DNA of 64,000 nucleotides from Candidatus Kerfeldbacteria bacterium (lineage in GTDB: Bacteria; Patescibacteriota; Patescibacteriia; UBA10025; JAHIVO01), in NCBI GenBank assembly GCA_016214565.1, contig JACROE010000002.1, forward strand, positions 119,654 to 183,653, in the 5' to 3' direction. A program made the translations under genes and the position numbers. Under the pieces are notes generated by a model. It was given only the letters and a program-made list of their open reading frames with translations. It was not told where the DNA came from and searched no databases. This document shows positions 56,469 to 64,000 of the stretch, piece after piece; the first letter of the stretch is position 1, and each line of letters begins with the position of its first letter.

Positions 56469-57020
56469 TTATGCGGCACCAGCGCTCTTCACGACTTTAC
56501 CGGCTTTGCGGCGAATCGTTTCGGTGGAATACTTAATTCCTTTTCCTTTATACGGCTCTGGTTTGCGGTAATCACGTATTTGAGCGGCGATTTGTCCTAC
56601 CTGTTGTTTATCAGCGCCAGAAATAGTCAGTACATTTTTCTCTACCGCAACGGTAATGCTGCTGGGCACCTCAAATTCGATAGGATGAGAGTATCCAAGA
56701 TTGAGCGTTAATTTTTTACCAGCGGCCTGAGCGCGATATCCGACACCATTAATTTCTAACTGTTTTGTAAATCCGGTAGTAACGCCGGTCACCATGTTTG
56801 CCAACAGCATGCGTGAAGTACCCCAGAGGGAACGGGCTAATTTTTCCTCTACATGATCGACGGTTACCTCAAGCGTATCTCCGACTTGGGTAACATGCAC
56901 CCAGGGATGGAAATTTTGTTCGAGGGTACCTTTCGGTCCCTTAATAGTCACGTGGCTGCCCGCAATGGTAATGGTCACCCCCGCACTGATAACTACTGGT
57001 TTTTTTCCTACTCTCGGCAT
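56469..57020 (-). CDS. rplF: 50S ribosomal protein L6
   Basis: GVGYR, PEPYKGKG. Confidence 0.97.
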   Translation of the reverse strand: MPRVGKKPVVISAGVTITIAGSHVTIKGPKGTLEQNFHPWVHVTQVGDTLEVTVDHVEEKLARSLWGTSRMLLANMVTGVTTGFTKQLEINGVGYRAQAAGKKLTLNLGYSHPIEFEVPSSITVAVEKNVLTISGADKQQVGQIAAQIRDYRKPEPYKGKGIKYSTETIRRKAGKVVKSAGAA

Positions 57021-57026
57021 ACGTAT

Positions 57027-57437
57027 TTAATAAATTTCACACAATACTTCACCACCGACTTTCTTTTCCTTGGCTTCACGATTTGTCAGAATGCCCTGAG
57101 GTGTTGATACGATCAATACACCAAGCGATGGTAATGTTTTAGGAATATCGCGGTAGCCATAATAAACACGGCGACCGGGGGTGCTCACGCGCTTTAATCC
57201 TGAAATAACTGAACGGCGCTCTTTGTATTTCAAGGCAATGCGCATAACGGGAGTTAATACACGGCCGTGATCATCAACGGGAGGCGTTACCTTATCCACG
57301 CTGGTAATAAAACCCTCGCGCGCAATTAACTGAGCGATTTCAAATTTTGTTCGAGAATACGGAACCACCGTTTCCTGCTGGCGAGCCATCAGGGCGTTGC
57401 GGATTCGAGTTAACATGTCTGCGATTGGGTCTGTCAT
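57027..57437 (-). CDS. rpsH: 30S ribosomal protein S8
   Basis: DPIADMLTRIRN, GGE. Confidence 0.97.
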   Translation of the reverse strand: MTDPIADMLTRIRNALMARQQETVVPYSRTKFEIAQLIAREGFITSVDKVTPPVDDHGRVLTPVMRIALKYKERRSVISGLKRVSTPGRRVYYGYRDIPKTLPSLGVLIVSTPQGILTNREAKEKKVGGEVLCEIY

Positions 57438-57476
57438 ACGATAGTGTTACGGGTCAGAAACATTCATTAAATATTA

Positions 57477-57662
57477 TTACCAGCTTGATTTCTTGATTCC
57501 AGGGATTTCGGCGTTATTTGCTAATTCCCGGAAACAGATGCGGCACATATTGAAATCACGCATATACCCACGGCGACGACCACAGCGCCAGCATCGTCTC
57601 ACGATGCGACTGGAAAATTTCGGCTTCTTCTTTGCGCGGGCGATTTGTGATTGTTTTGCCAT
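57477..57662 (-). CDS. rpsN: 30S ribosomal protein S14 (zinc-binding type)
   Basis: RC.RCGR...CRICFRE.A. Confidence 0.96.
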   Translation of the reverse strand: MAKQSQIARAKKKPKFSSRIVRRCWRCGRRRGYMRDFNMCRICFRELANNAEIPGIKKSSW

Positions 57663-57680
57663 ACGTCGGTTAAGGTAAAC

Positions 57681-58229
57681 TTAAGCTTGATTCTTTTTAA
57701 AGGGTATTCCCATTGCTGTCAATAACGCCAGTCCTTCCGCTTTTGTTTTGGCGCTAGTAGTGATAATTACCTGCAAACCATGAATTGACTCTACCTCATC
57801 AGATCGAATTTCCGGAAAAACAGTGTGTTCCTTGAAGCCGATGGTGAGGTTACCACTGGGATCGACGCTCTTCGGATCAATCCCCTGGAAGTCACGAACA
57901 CGAGGCAGTGCAATATTAATTAATTTCTCAAGGAAATGATACATTCGTTTTCCGCGCAATGTGACTGCCACACCAACCACGAGTCCCTCGCGAATCTTAA
58001 ATGCAGAAATTGACTGGCGTGCCTTAGTGCGAATAGGGCGCTGGCCGGAAATGCGCGTTAAGGTATTCACCACTACTTCAAGTAATTTTTCGTTCACGAG
58101 CGCCTTACCAGTACCGCTATTGAGCGTAACCTTGGTCACTCGAGGTACTTGCAGATTATTGGTAAAACCAAATTGCTTCCGCAATTCCGGTACAATTTGA
58201 GTTCGATATTGTTCAAGTAGTGATTTCAT
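57681..58229 (-). CDS. rplE: 50S ribosomal protein L5
   Basis: FKIREG, VTLRG, PRVRDF.G; start at MKSLL. Confidence 0.97.
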   Translation of the reverse strand: MKSLLEQYRTQIVPELRKQFGFTNNLQVPRVTKVTLNSGTGKALVNEKLLEVVVNTLTRISGQRPIRTKARQSISAFKIREGLVVGVAVTLRGKRMYHFLEKLINIALPRVRDFQGIDPKSVDPSGNLTIGFKEHTVFPEIRSDEVESIHGLQVIITTSAKTKAEGLALLTAMGIPFKKNQA

Positions 58230-58239
58230 GATGTCGTTA

Positions 58240-58545
58240 TTAAGAGGCCTTAGTCGGTGATACTGGTTTTGCAGCCTTGGCTGACGGTTTCTTGGCAGTC
58301 GTGACCGCAGCCGCTTCAGTCGTAGTGCGCTGCACATTAGAAATATGGATCGGGGCGTTATAGCGAACCACTTGACCCTTCTGGCCTTGCTGTTTCGGCC
58401 GAACATTCTTCACGGTCATATTAACGCCTTCAACCACAACCTTGTTCAATAAAGGAAAAACTTGAAGCACTTTTGCTTTCTTACCGCGGTCTTTCCCAGT
58501 AAGAATGCGTACCATATCACCTTTTTTTACATGCATCTTCGCCAT
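58240..58545 (-). CDS. rplX: 50S ribosomal protein L24
   Basis: KKGD.V....GKD.GK, PIH.SNV. Confidence 0.96.
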   Translation of the reverse strand: MAKMHVKKGDMVRILTGKDRGKKAKVLQVFPLLNKVVVEGVNMTVKNVRPKQQGQKGQVVRYNAPIHISNVQRTTTEAAAVTTAKKPSAKAAKPVSPTKAS

Positions 58546-58549
58546 ATGT

Positions 58550-58921
58550 TTAGAGTACTTCAGGGGCTAATGAAATAATTTTCATAAATCCTTTGGTGCG
58601 CAACTCACGAGCGACTGGCCCAAAAATACGACTGCCTCGAGGCTCTTTAGTCTTCATGTCTATGATAACACCAGCATTTTCATCGAACCGGATGTAGGAA
58701 CCGTCCGGACGGCGTAATTCTTTGCGCTGCCGAACAATCACCATATGTACCACTTCGCCTTTTTTGACCATTGCGTGAGGCACTGCCTCCTTAATGCTAA
58801 CCGTAACAATATCGCCGATGCGGGCATAGCGCTTTTTATAGCCGCCCAACGCTCGAATAACGGCGACTCGCTTCGCACCTGTGTTATCGGCTACTTTTAA
58901 TATTGTTCGTAATTGAATCAT
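58550..58921 (-). CDS. rplN: 50S ribosomal protein L14
   Basis: [23 protein letters not shown]. Confidence 0.98.
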   Translation of the reverse strand: MIQLRTILKVADNTGAKRVAVIRALGGYKKRYARIGDIVTVSIKEAVPHAMVKKGEVVHMVIVRQRKELRRPDGSYIRFDENAGVIIDMKTKEPRGSRIFGPVARELRTKGFMKIISLAPEVL

Positions 58922-58935
58922 ACAAATACAACGGC

Positions 58936-59178
58936 CTAGTTCAATTTAGTTAAAACTTTCCAGCGCTTATCTCGGCTTAATGGGCGCGTTTCTACAAACT
59001 CAACCCGGTCCCCAACGTGAAATTCGTTTTTCGGATCGTGTACTTTGAAGGTGTTGCGGGTCATATACTGCTTGCGGTATTTCGGATCACGTTTGACTGT
59101 TTCAACTGAAACCACGATGGTTTTATCCATTTTGTCACTCATGACCACACCGATAAATGTTCGCTTTGTTCGTGCCAT
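58936..59178 (-). CDS. rpsQ: 30S ribosomal protein S17
   Basis: G.V.SDKM.KT, ETRPLS..KRW. Confidence 0.97.
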   Translation of the reverse strand: MARTKRTFIGVVMSDKMDKTIVVSVETVKRDPKYRKQYMTRNTFKVHDPKNEFHVGDRVEFVETRPLSRDKRWKVLTKLN

Positions 59179-59181
59179 ATA

Positions 59182-59418
59182 TTATTTCTTAGGAGTAGAC
59201 GTCTGCGAATGAACGCGCTGGTAATCGGCGATTACACGTTTTTCTTTCAATACCGAGAGGATGCGGGCAATCGACTTCTTGGCGTCTCGGATTTCGCGCA
59301 CATCTTTGTGCTGCTTATTAGCAATGCGGAATCGCAAATCGCGAACCAGCTCACGCTGCGTTTTCACGAGCAACTGCAATTCTGATTCTGATTTTTTGCG
59401 CAATTCTGCAATGTCCAT
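59182..59418 (-). CDS. rpmC: 50S ribosomal protein L29
   Basis: ELR, LRF, IARIL; operon position. Confidence 0.93.
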   Translation of the reverse strand: MDIAELRKKSESELQLLVKTQRELVRDLRFRIANKQHKDVREIRDAKKSIARILSVLKEKRVIADYQRVHSQTSTPKK

Positions 59419-59420
59419 AA

Positions 59421-59828
59421 TTATACTTTAGTAACGAGTTTAGTGCGCACTGGCAATTTATGAGCCGCCAAACGAAACGCTTCTTTGACAACTGATTCAT
59501 CAACGCCATCCATCTCAAAAAGAACGGTACCTGGTTTCACCACTGCAACATAATGGTCCACGCTCCCCTTGCCGCCACCCATACGCACTTCAGAACCGTG
59601 ATTGGTGATAGGCTTATCGGGAAAAATACGAATCCATACTTTGCCACCTTTTTGGATATAACGAGTCATGGCACGGCGAGCTGATTCGATTTGCCGGGAG
59701 GTCACCCAGCCGCGACCCATTGATTTGAGGCCATAGCTACCAAAAGCAACTGAATTGCCCGACATAGCCCGCCCGTACATGCGGCCTTTCTGCCATTTTC
59801 GATGTTTAACTTTTTTTGGAATTAACAT
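59421..59828 (-). CDS. rplP: 50S ribosomal protein L16
   Basis: QIE.AR, RIFPD.P, RMG.GKG. Confidence 0.98.
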   Translation of the reverse strand: MLIPKKVKHRKWQKGRMYGRAMSGNSVAFGSYGLKSMGRGWVTSRQIESARRAMTRYIQKGGKVWIRIFPDKPITNHGSEVRMGGGKGSVDHYVAVVKPGTVLFEMDGVDESVVKEAFRLAAHKLPVRTKLVTKV

Positions 59829-59834
59829 AATGGT

Positions 59835-60494
59835 TTAGCTGTTTGCCTGATTAACATCTTTCTCAAAAACTTCTCCTTTATAGATCCAGACTTTGACACC
59901 AATCATGCCATAGGTAGTATGAGCGGCGCCACGAGAGTAATCAATGTCAGCGCGAAGCGTGTGCAATGGCACTGATCCTTGGCCAAACTTTTCATCTCGA
60001 GCAATTTCTGCACCATTCAAACGGCCTTTGATAATTATTTTGACGCCCTTTGCGCCAGCCTGCATCACTTGCTCAATGGCGCGCTTGCCAGCACGGCGGA
60101 AAGGAATGCGCTTCTCCAGCTGTTCGATAATATTATAGGTGACTAACTGCGCATCAAGGAATGGGTGGGTAACTTCATGAATATTCAAAGTAACTTTAGT
60201 ATTCTTATTAAGAAATTTTTTCTGGATCTCTTTCTTTAATTCTTCTGCGCCAGTACCGCCACGACCAATCACCACTCCCGGTTTTGAGGTATGCACATTG
60301 ACCGTAATACCGCTAGCCGATCGCTCAATAGTGGTTTCGGCAATTCCTGCCTCACGCAACTTTTTGAGGAGGTATTTGCGAATCTTCACATCTTGCTCAA
60401 GCTGCATGCGATAATCCTTGCGGGAAAACCATTTTGATTTCCAGCCGTGTAAGATGCCGATTCGAAATGCTCGTGGATGTACTTTCTGTCCCAT
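59835..60494 (-). CDS. rpsC: 30S ribosomal protein S3
   Basis: MGQKVHP, PG.VIG..G, PL.TLRADID. Confidence 0.98.
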   Translation of the reverse strand: MGQKVHPRAFRIGILHGWKSKWFSRKDYRMQLEQDVKIRKYLLKKLREAGIAETTIERSASGITVNVHTSKPGVVIGRGGTGAEELKKEIQKKFLNKNTKVTLNIHEVTHPFLDAQLVTYNIIEQLEKRIPFRRAGKRAIEQVMQAGAKGVKIIIKGRLNGAEIARDEKFGQGSVPLHTLRADIDYSRGAAHTTYGMIGVKVWIYKGEVFEKDVNQANS

Positions 60495-60495
60495 A

Positions 60496-61050
60496 TTAGT
60501 TTTCTCCTGAACGTCGGTTAAATGTTTCTTTACCCGCCGGTGCCGCACGACGATGTTCCGGAGCAACTTCTGAAGCGCTATCATCGGCATGGTCAGTAGA
60601 GCGACCTTTGCTGGTATGTTTAATATCTTTATAATCAACCACTGGTCGGTCTGCCTTATTCACTTTTGCTGGTTTTTCTTTTTTTGTCGCCCCTTTTGGC
60701 TTGCGGGCTGTACTTGGGGTCACTTCATCCAGTACTAATGTGATATGCGCAGATCGCTTGCGAATTTCAGCCGCACGGCCGAAAGCTCGCGGACGGTAAC
60801 GCTTCAATACCGGACCCTGGTCAACAAAAACGCTTTTTACAAATAGATTCTCCTTTTTCAACTTATTATTATTTTCCGCATTAGCTATGGCTGACTTGAG
60901 CAATTTAAGAATCGGCAGAGCGGCGTCACGGGACATATACTGCAATTGATACTCGGCGTCCTCAACTTTCAAACGACGAATCAAATCCACAACACTGCGG
61001 ACTTTTCGAGGGGCCATGCGGAGAAATCGTAATCGTGCTCGAACTTCCAT
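60496..61050 (-). CDS. rplV: 50S ribosomal protein L22 with C-terminal extension
   Basis: PRK.R.V.DLIR, SA.ANA, PRA.GRA. Confidence 0.96.
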   Translation of the reverse strand: MEVRARLRFLRMAPRKVRSVVDLIRRLKVEDAEYQLQYMSRDAALPILKLLKSAIANAENNNKLKKENLFVKSVFVDQGPVLKRYRPRAFGRAAEIRKRSAHITLVLDEVTPSTARKPKGATKKEKPAKVNKADRPVVDYKDIKHTSKGRSTDHADDSASEVAPEHRRAAPAGKETFNRRSGEN

Positions 61051-61056
61051 AATTGA

Positions 61057-61386
61057 TTATTTAGCTGGCGTCGGAGCTGGGGCAGCTGGTTTCTGAGCTG
61101 CTGCAGCGGCCGCTTCTTGTTCTTTTTGCATTCGACCACCATGGGCGACAAATTTGCGCGTTGGAGCAAATTCGCCCAATCGATGACCTACCATATCTTC
61201 AACGACATTGACCGGAAGATGTGTTTTACCATTATGCACTCCAAAGGTAAAGCCTACCATCGCTGGTGTAATAACTGATGAGCGCGACCATGTCTTAATC
61301 ACGGTTTTATCACCAATACGAACTTTTTCTAATTTCTTGATGAGATTTGGATCGGTAAACGGTCCTTTTTTAAGGCTGCGTGACAT
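61057..61386 (-). CDS. rpsS: 30S ribosomal protein S19
   Basis: [22 protein letters not shown]. Confidence 0.98.
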   Translation of the reverse strand: MSRSLKKGPFTDPNLIKKLEKVRIGDKTVIKTWSRSSVITPAMVGFTFGVHNGKTHLPVNVVEDMVGHRLGEFAPTRKFVAHGGRMQKEQEAAAAAAQKPAAPAPTPAK

Positions 61387-61395
61387 ATATGTTGA

Positions 61396-62229
61396 TTATC
61401 CGCGACGGCGCTTAATAATAAACTTATCTGATTGATGATGGCTGCGGCGGGTTTTGACGCCATGTGCCGGCTTGCCCCATTTTGTCTTTGGATGTTTCAA
61501 ACCAATTGGGCTATGACCTTCACCACCACCATGTGGGTGATCAACGGGGTTCATAGATTTACCGGTCACAGACGGTTTTACACCGCGCCAGCGGGTCTTA
61601 CCAGCTTTGCCGACACGAACATTAGCGTGATCAATATTTGAAACTTGGCCAATAGTTGCCATACATTCTTTAACAAACATGCGGATCTCACCAGAGGGTA
61701 ATTTAACCTGTGCAAACGGTCCCTCCACCGATTGGATCAAGGCGCTGGATCCAGCAGAACGGACAATAGTGGCTTTACTCTCAGGTTTAAATTGCAAATC
61801 ATGCACCATTACGCCAACCGGAATTTTATCCAACGGCAATCGATTGCCAGTTTTAATTTCCGCTTTAGTCTTAGAGGAGACGACGGTATCCCCTGCTTTC
61901 AATCCCGTCGGGGCGATGATGTACCGTTTTTCTCCATCACCATATTCAACTAGCGCAATCCAGGCAGTACGATTCGGATCGTATTCAATAGCACGTACGG
62001 TGGCAACCTGATCAAATCGCTCGCGCAGACTATCAATAATTCGATAAAATTTCTTATGGCCGCCCCCATGGTGACGTACGGTAATTTTACCCTGGGCATT
62101 TCGGCCTGCACGACGGCGCTTCGGTTCGATCAACGATTTTTCCGGACGCTTCTTGGACAGCTCAGAATAATCTACCACTGAGGCAAAGCGGCGACCGGGC
62201 GTTGTTGGTTTGTAAGAATGAATTCCCAT
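61396..62229 (-). CDS. rplB: 50S ribosomal protein L2
   Basis: EYDPNR, MNPVDHPHGGGEG. Confidence 0.98.
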   Translation of the reverse strand: MGIHSYKPTTPGRRFASVVDYSELSKKRPEKSLIEPKRRRAGRNAQGKITVRHHGGGHKKFYRIIDSLRERFDQVATVRAIEYDPNRTAWIALVEYGDGEKRYIIAPTGLKAGDTVVSSKTKAEIKTGNRLPLDKIPVGVMVHDLQFKPESKATIVRSAGSSALIQSVEGPFAQVKLPSGEIRMFVKECMATIGQVSNIDHANVRVGKAGKTRWRGVKPSVTGKSMNPVDHPHGGGEGHSPIGLKHPKTKWGKPAHGVKTRRSHHQSDKFIIKRRRG

Positions 62230-62238
62230 GGAAGTAGA

Positions 62239-62733
62239 TTATAGTCCTTCTTGAATTTCAATTTTCTGGCCTTCGGGCAAACTAACAATAGCTTTTTTCC
62301 AATTCTTTGTTCGTCCTTGGGTTTTGCCATAGCGCACTGATTTCCCCATTACCGTCACGATGCGTACCTTAACTGGATCAACGCCGTACACCGCTCGGAT
62401 CGCTTTCTTTACTTCAATTTTGTTGGTGCGAAGGGCGACAGCGAACATATATTGATTGTAGGCGCCAAGATACGAGCCTTTTTCAGTAATCAACGGATGA
62501 AGTAATACTCGGTATGCTTGTCCAGTATCCGATTTCTTTCCCTTGGCTTCAGTCGCTTTTTTTTCTTTGGTGCCCGTCGTTTTCTTCGCATCGCTCGCCT
62601 GAGCTACTGCCGAAGATGATTTCTCGGACAGCACAGCAGAACGACGGCTCGCCGTATCCTTTTTTTCAGACGAGACCGCTGTGTCAGCGGGCTTGTCGGA
62701 TTTCTTCCGTTTAAGTGAATCGAATAATCCCAT
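62239..62733 (-). CDS. rplW: 50S ribosomal protein L23 with N-terminal extension
   Basis: P.ITEK, K.E.K.A, KKAIV.L. Confidence 0.95.
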   Translation of the reverse strand: MGLFDSLKRKKSDKPADTAVSSEKKDTASRRSAVLSEKSSSAVAQASDAKKTTGTKEKKATEAKGKKSDTGQAYRVLLHPLITEKGSYLGAYNQYMFAVALRTNKIEVKKAIRAVYGVDPVKVRIVTVMGKSVRYGKTQGRTKNWKKAIVSLPEGQKIEIQEGL

Positions 62734-62735
62734 AA

Positions 62736-63365
62736 TTATGCGAGTAACGTTTTGCTAATAACCTCGAGGCTTGCTTTCGGCATGACCAATGTCTCATGAC
62801 CAAGCACCGCTTCGGTGTTCAGACTGTTTGCTTGAATAGTCGTAATCTGAGGTATATTACGTGCTGATTTGATAACGGTAGTCTGAACCGAAGGGAGTGC
62901 GAGCAAAGTATGCTTCCCTACCGGCAACTTTTTCAGCAATGCAGCAATTGTCTTGGTCTTAATTTCTGATAATTCTAATGATTCCAATATAATAATTTTC
63001 TTTTCTTGTGCTTTATCAGAAAGCGTCATGCACAGTGCTTTGCGGCGGGCTTTCCGATTCATCTTCAATGTAAAGTTTCGTTCTTTTGTCGGACCAAAGG
63101 TTACGCCACCGCCCGACCATAACGGTGATCGGATTGAACCATGGCGAGCCCGGCCAGTGCCTTTCTGAGCCCACGGCTTTTTACCACCACCGCGTACATC
63201 TCCGCGGCCCTTGGTATGCGCAATCGCTATTCGGCGGTTTGCCTGCTGGGTACGAATCGCTTGCTGAACAACAATGGGATTAACGGCAATATCAAAAATC
63301 TTCTTTTCCAAATCAATATCACCCGTCTTTTTCCCTTCTAGATTGTATACTGGTGCTTGTGCCAT
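62736..63365 (-). CDS. rplD: 50S ribosomal protein L4
   Basis: GGG.KPW.QKGTGRAR.GS.RSP. Confidence 0.98.
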   Translation of the reverse strand: MAQAPVYNLEGKKTGDIDLEKKIFDIAVNPIVVQQAIRTQQANRRIAIAHTKGRGDVRGGGKKPWAQKGTGRARHGSIRSPLWSGGGVTFGPTKERNFTLKMNRKARRKALCMTLSDKAQEKKIIILESLELSEIKTKTIAALLKKLPVGKHTLLALPSVQTTVIKSARNIPQITTIQANSLNTEAVLGHETLVMPKASLEVISKTLLA

Positions 63366-63374
63366 GATTGTAAA

Positions 63375-64000
63375 TTATTTCTTTTCTTCAGCTACCGGAG
63401 CTGCGTCAGTCGGTGCGGCAGGAGTTGATGCTGGGGTCGCGGTGGTCTCGGCAACCGGTGTTGCCACTGGTTCAGCGGCCTTGGGTGCCTCAAGTTTCAT
63501 TTCGCCTTCTGCAGAAAGAAGCACTAAACCGTTACGAGCACCCGGAACTCCGCCTTTTACATACAAAAGATTATTTTCGAGATCAACGTCGACAACGGTC
63601 AGATTGTGAACAGTCACCTGCTCATCGCCCATGTGACCTCCCATACGACGCCCCTTCCAGACGCGCTGGGGTGCGGTAGAACCAATGGATCCCGGCATGC
63701 GTAATTGGTCTTTGTTACCATGCGTTGCGCGAGAACCTTTAAATCCATGTCGGCGAACCACGCCCTGAAACCCTTTACCTTTTGACACGCCGGTCACAGC
63801 GAGTTCATCGCCGGCGCTAAATGCAGCTACCGTAATTTCATCTCCCCGCTTAAGCGTGCCAGCGTCTTCCACCCTGAATTCTCGGAGAAACTGCGGCTGA
63901 ATCTTCAGATCCTTGACCTGGCCAGCCACTGGTTTGGCGAGGCGACGTCGGTGGCCATAAGCAATTTGCACAGCAGCATACCCGTCACGATCCGCAGTTT
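63375..64000 (-). CDS. rplC: 50S ribosomal protein L3 (5' end outside the window)
   Basis: G.SKGKGFQG..RH, PGSIG, M.GHMG, G.VPG. Confidence 0.97.
   Translation of the reverse strand, partial: TADRDGYAAVQIAYGHRRRLAKPVAGQVKDLKIQPQFLREFRVEDAGTLKRGDEITVAAFSAGDELAVTGVSKGKGFQGVVRRHGFKGSRATHGNKDQLRMPGSIGSTAPQRVWKGRRMGGHMGDEQVTVHNLTVVDVDLENNLLYVKGGVPGARNGLVLLSAEGEMKLEAPKAAEPVATPVAETTATPASTPAAPTDAAPVAEEKK

Noticed and set aside
1-64000. Alternative genetic code 25 (TGA = Gly)
   Set aside because: Conserved genes translate full length under code 11, and TGA ends aspS and other ORFs at sensible positions.

Overview
A 64-kb chromosomal segment of a small-genome bacterium, most likely Patescibacteria/CPR. 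This is an inference from: no rpmD/uL30 between rpsE and rplO, a CPR-type VirB2-like pilin, GAD-less AspRS, extended ribosomal proteins and mostly SD-less core genes. TGA is used as a stop. The right part (33-64 kb) is housekeeping: S10-spc ribosomal operon, secY-adk-map, ruvX, dnaB-ybaB-recR, asnS/aspS, scpAB, gap-fba-tpiA and two tRNAs. The middle (17.5-33 kb) encodes surface proteins (several with prepilin-like N-termini), an AbrB-ABC exporter unit, C39 peptidases and an unexpected FabH homologue. On the left, a CIRCE-controlled hrcA-grpE-hsp20-dnaK...dnaJ operon is split by about 9 kb of accessory DNA. The most striking part of that DNA is an array of about a dozen self-contained expression cassettes (sigma70-type promoter, strong SD, orphan ORF or structured RNA, intrinsic terminator followed directly by the next -35 box), with no integrase or attC sites. 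It includes an OmpA-like/beta-barrel plus lipoprotein pair. Reading by eye also found two small ORFs missing from the ORF track (a 23-aa six-cysteine peptide and a 30-aa membrane peptide), a structured mini-insertion at the 3' end of tRNA-Lys, modular palindromic repeats and 7-nt-periodic repeats. All family assignments come from motif recognition by eye; no searches were run.
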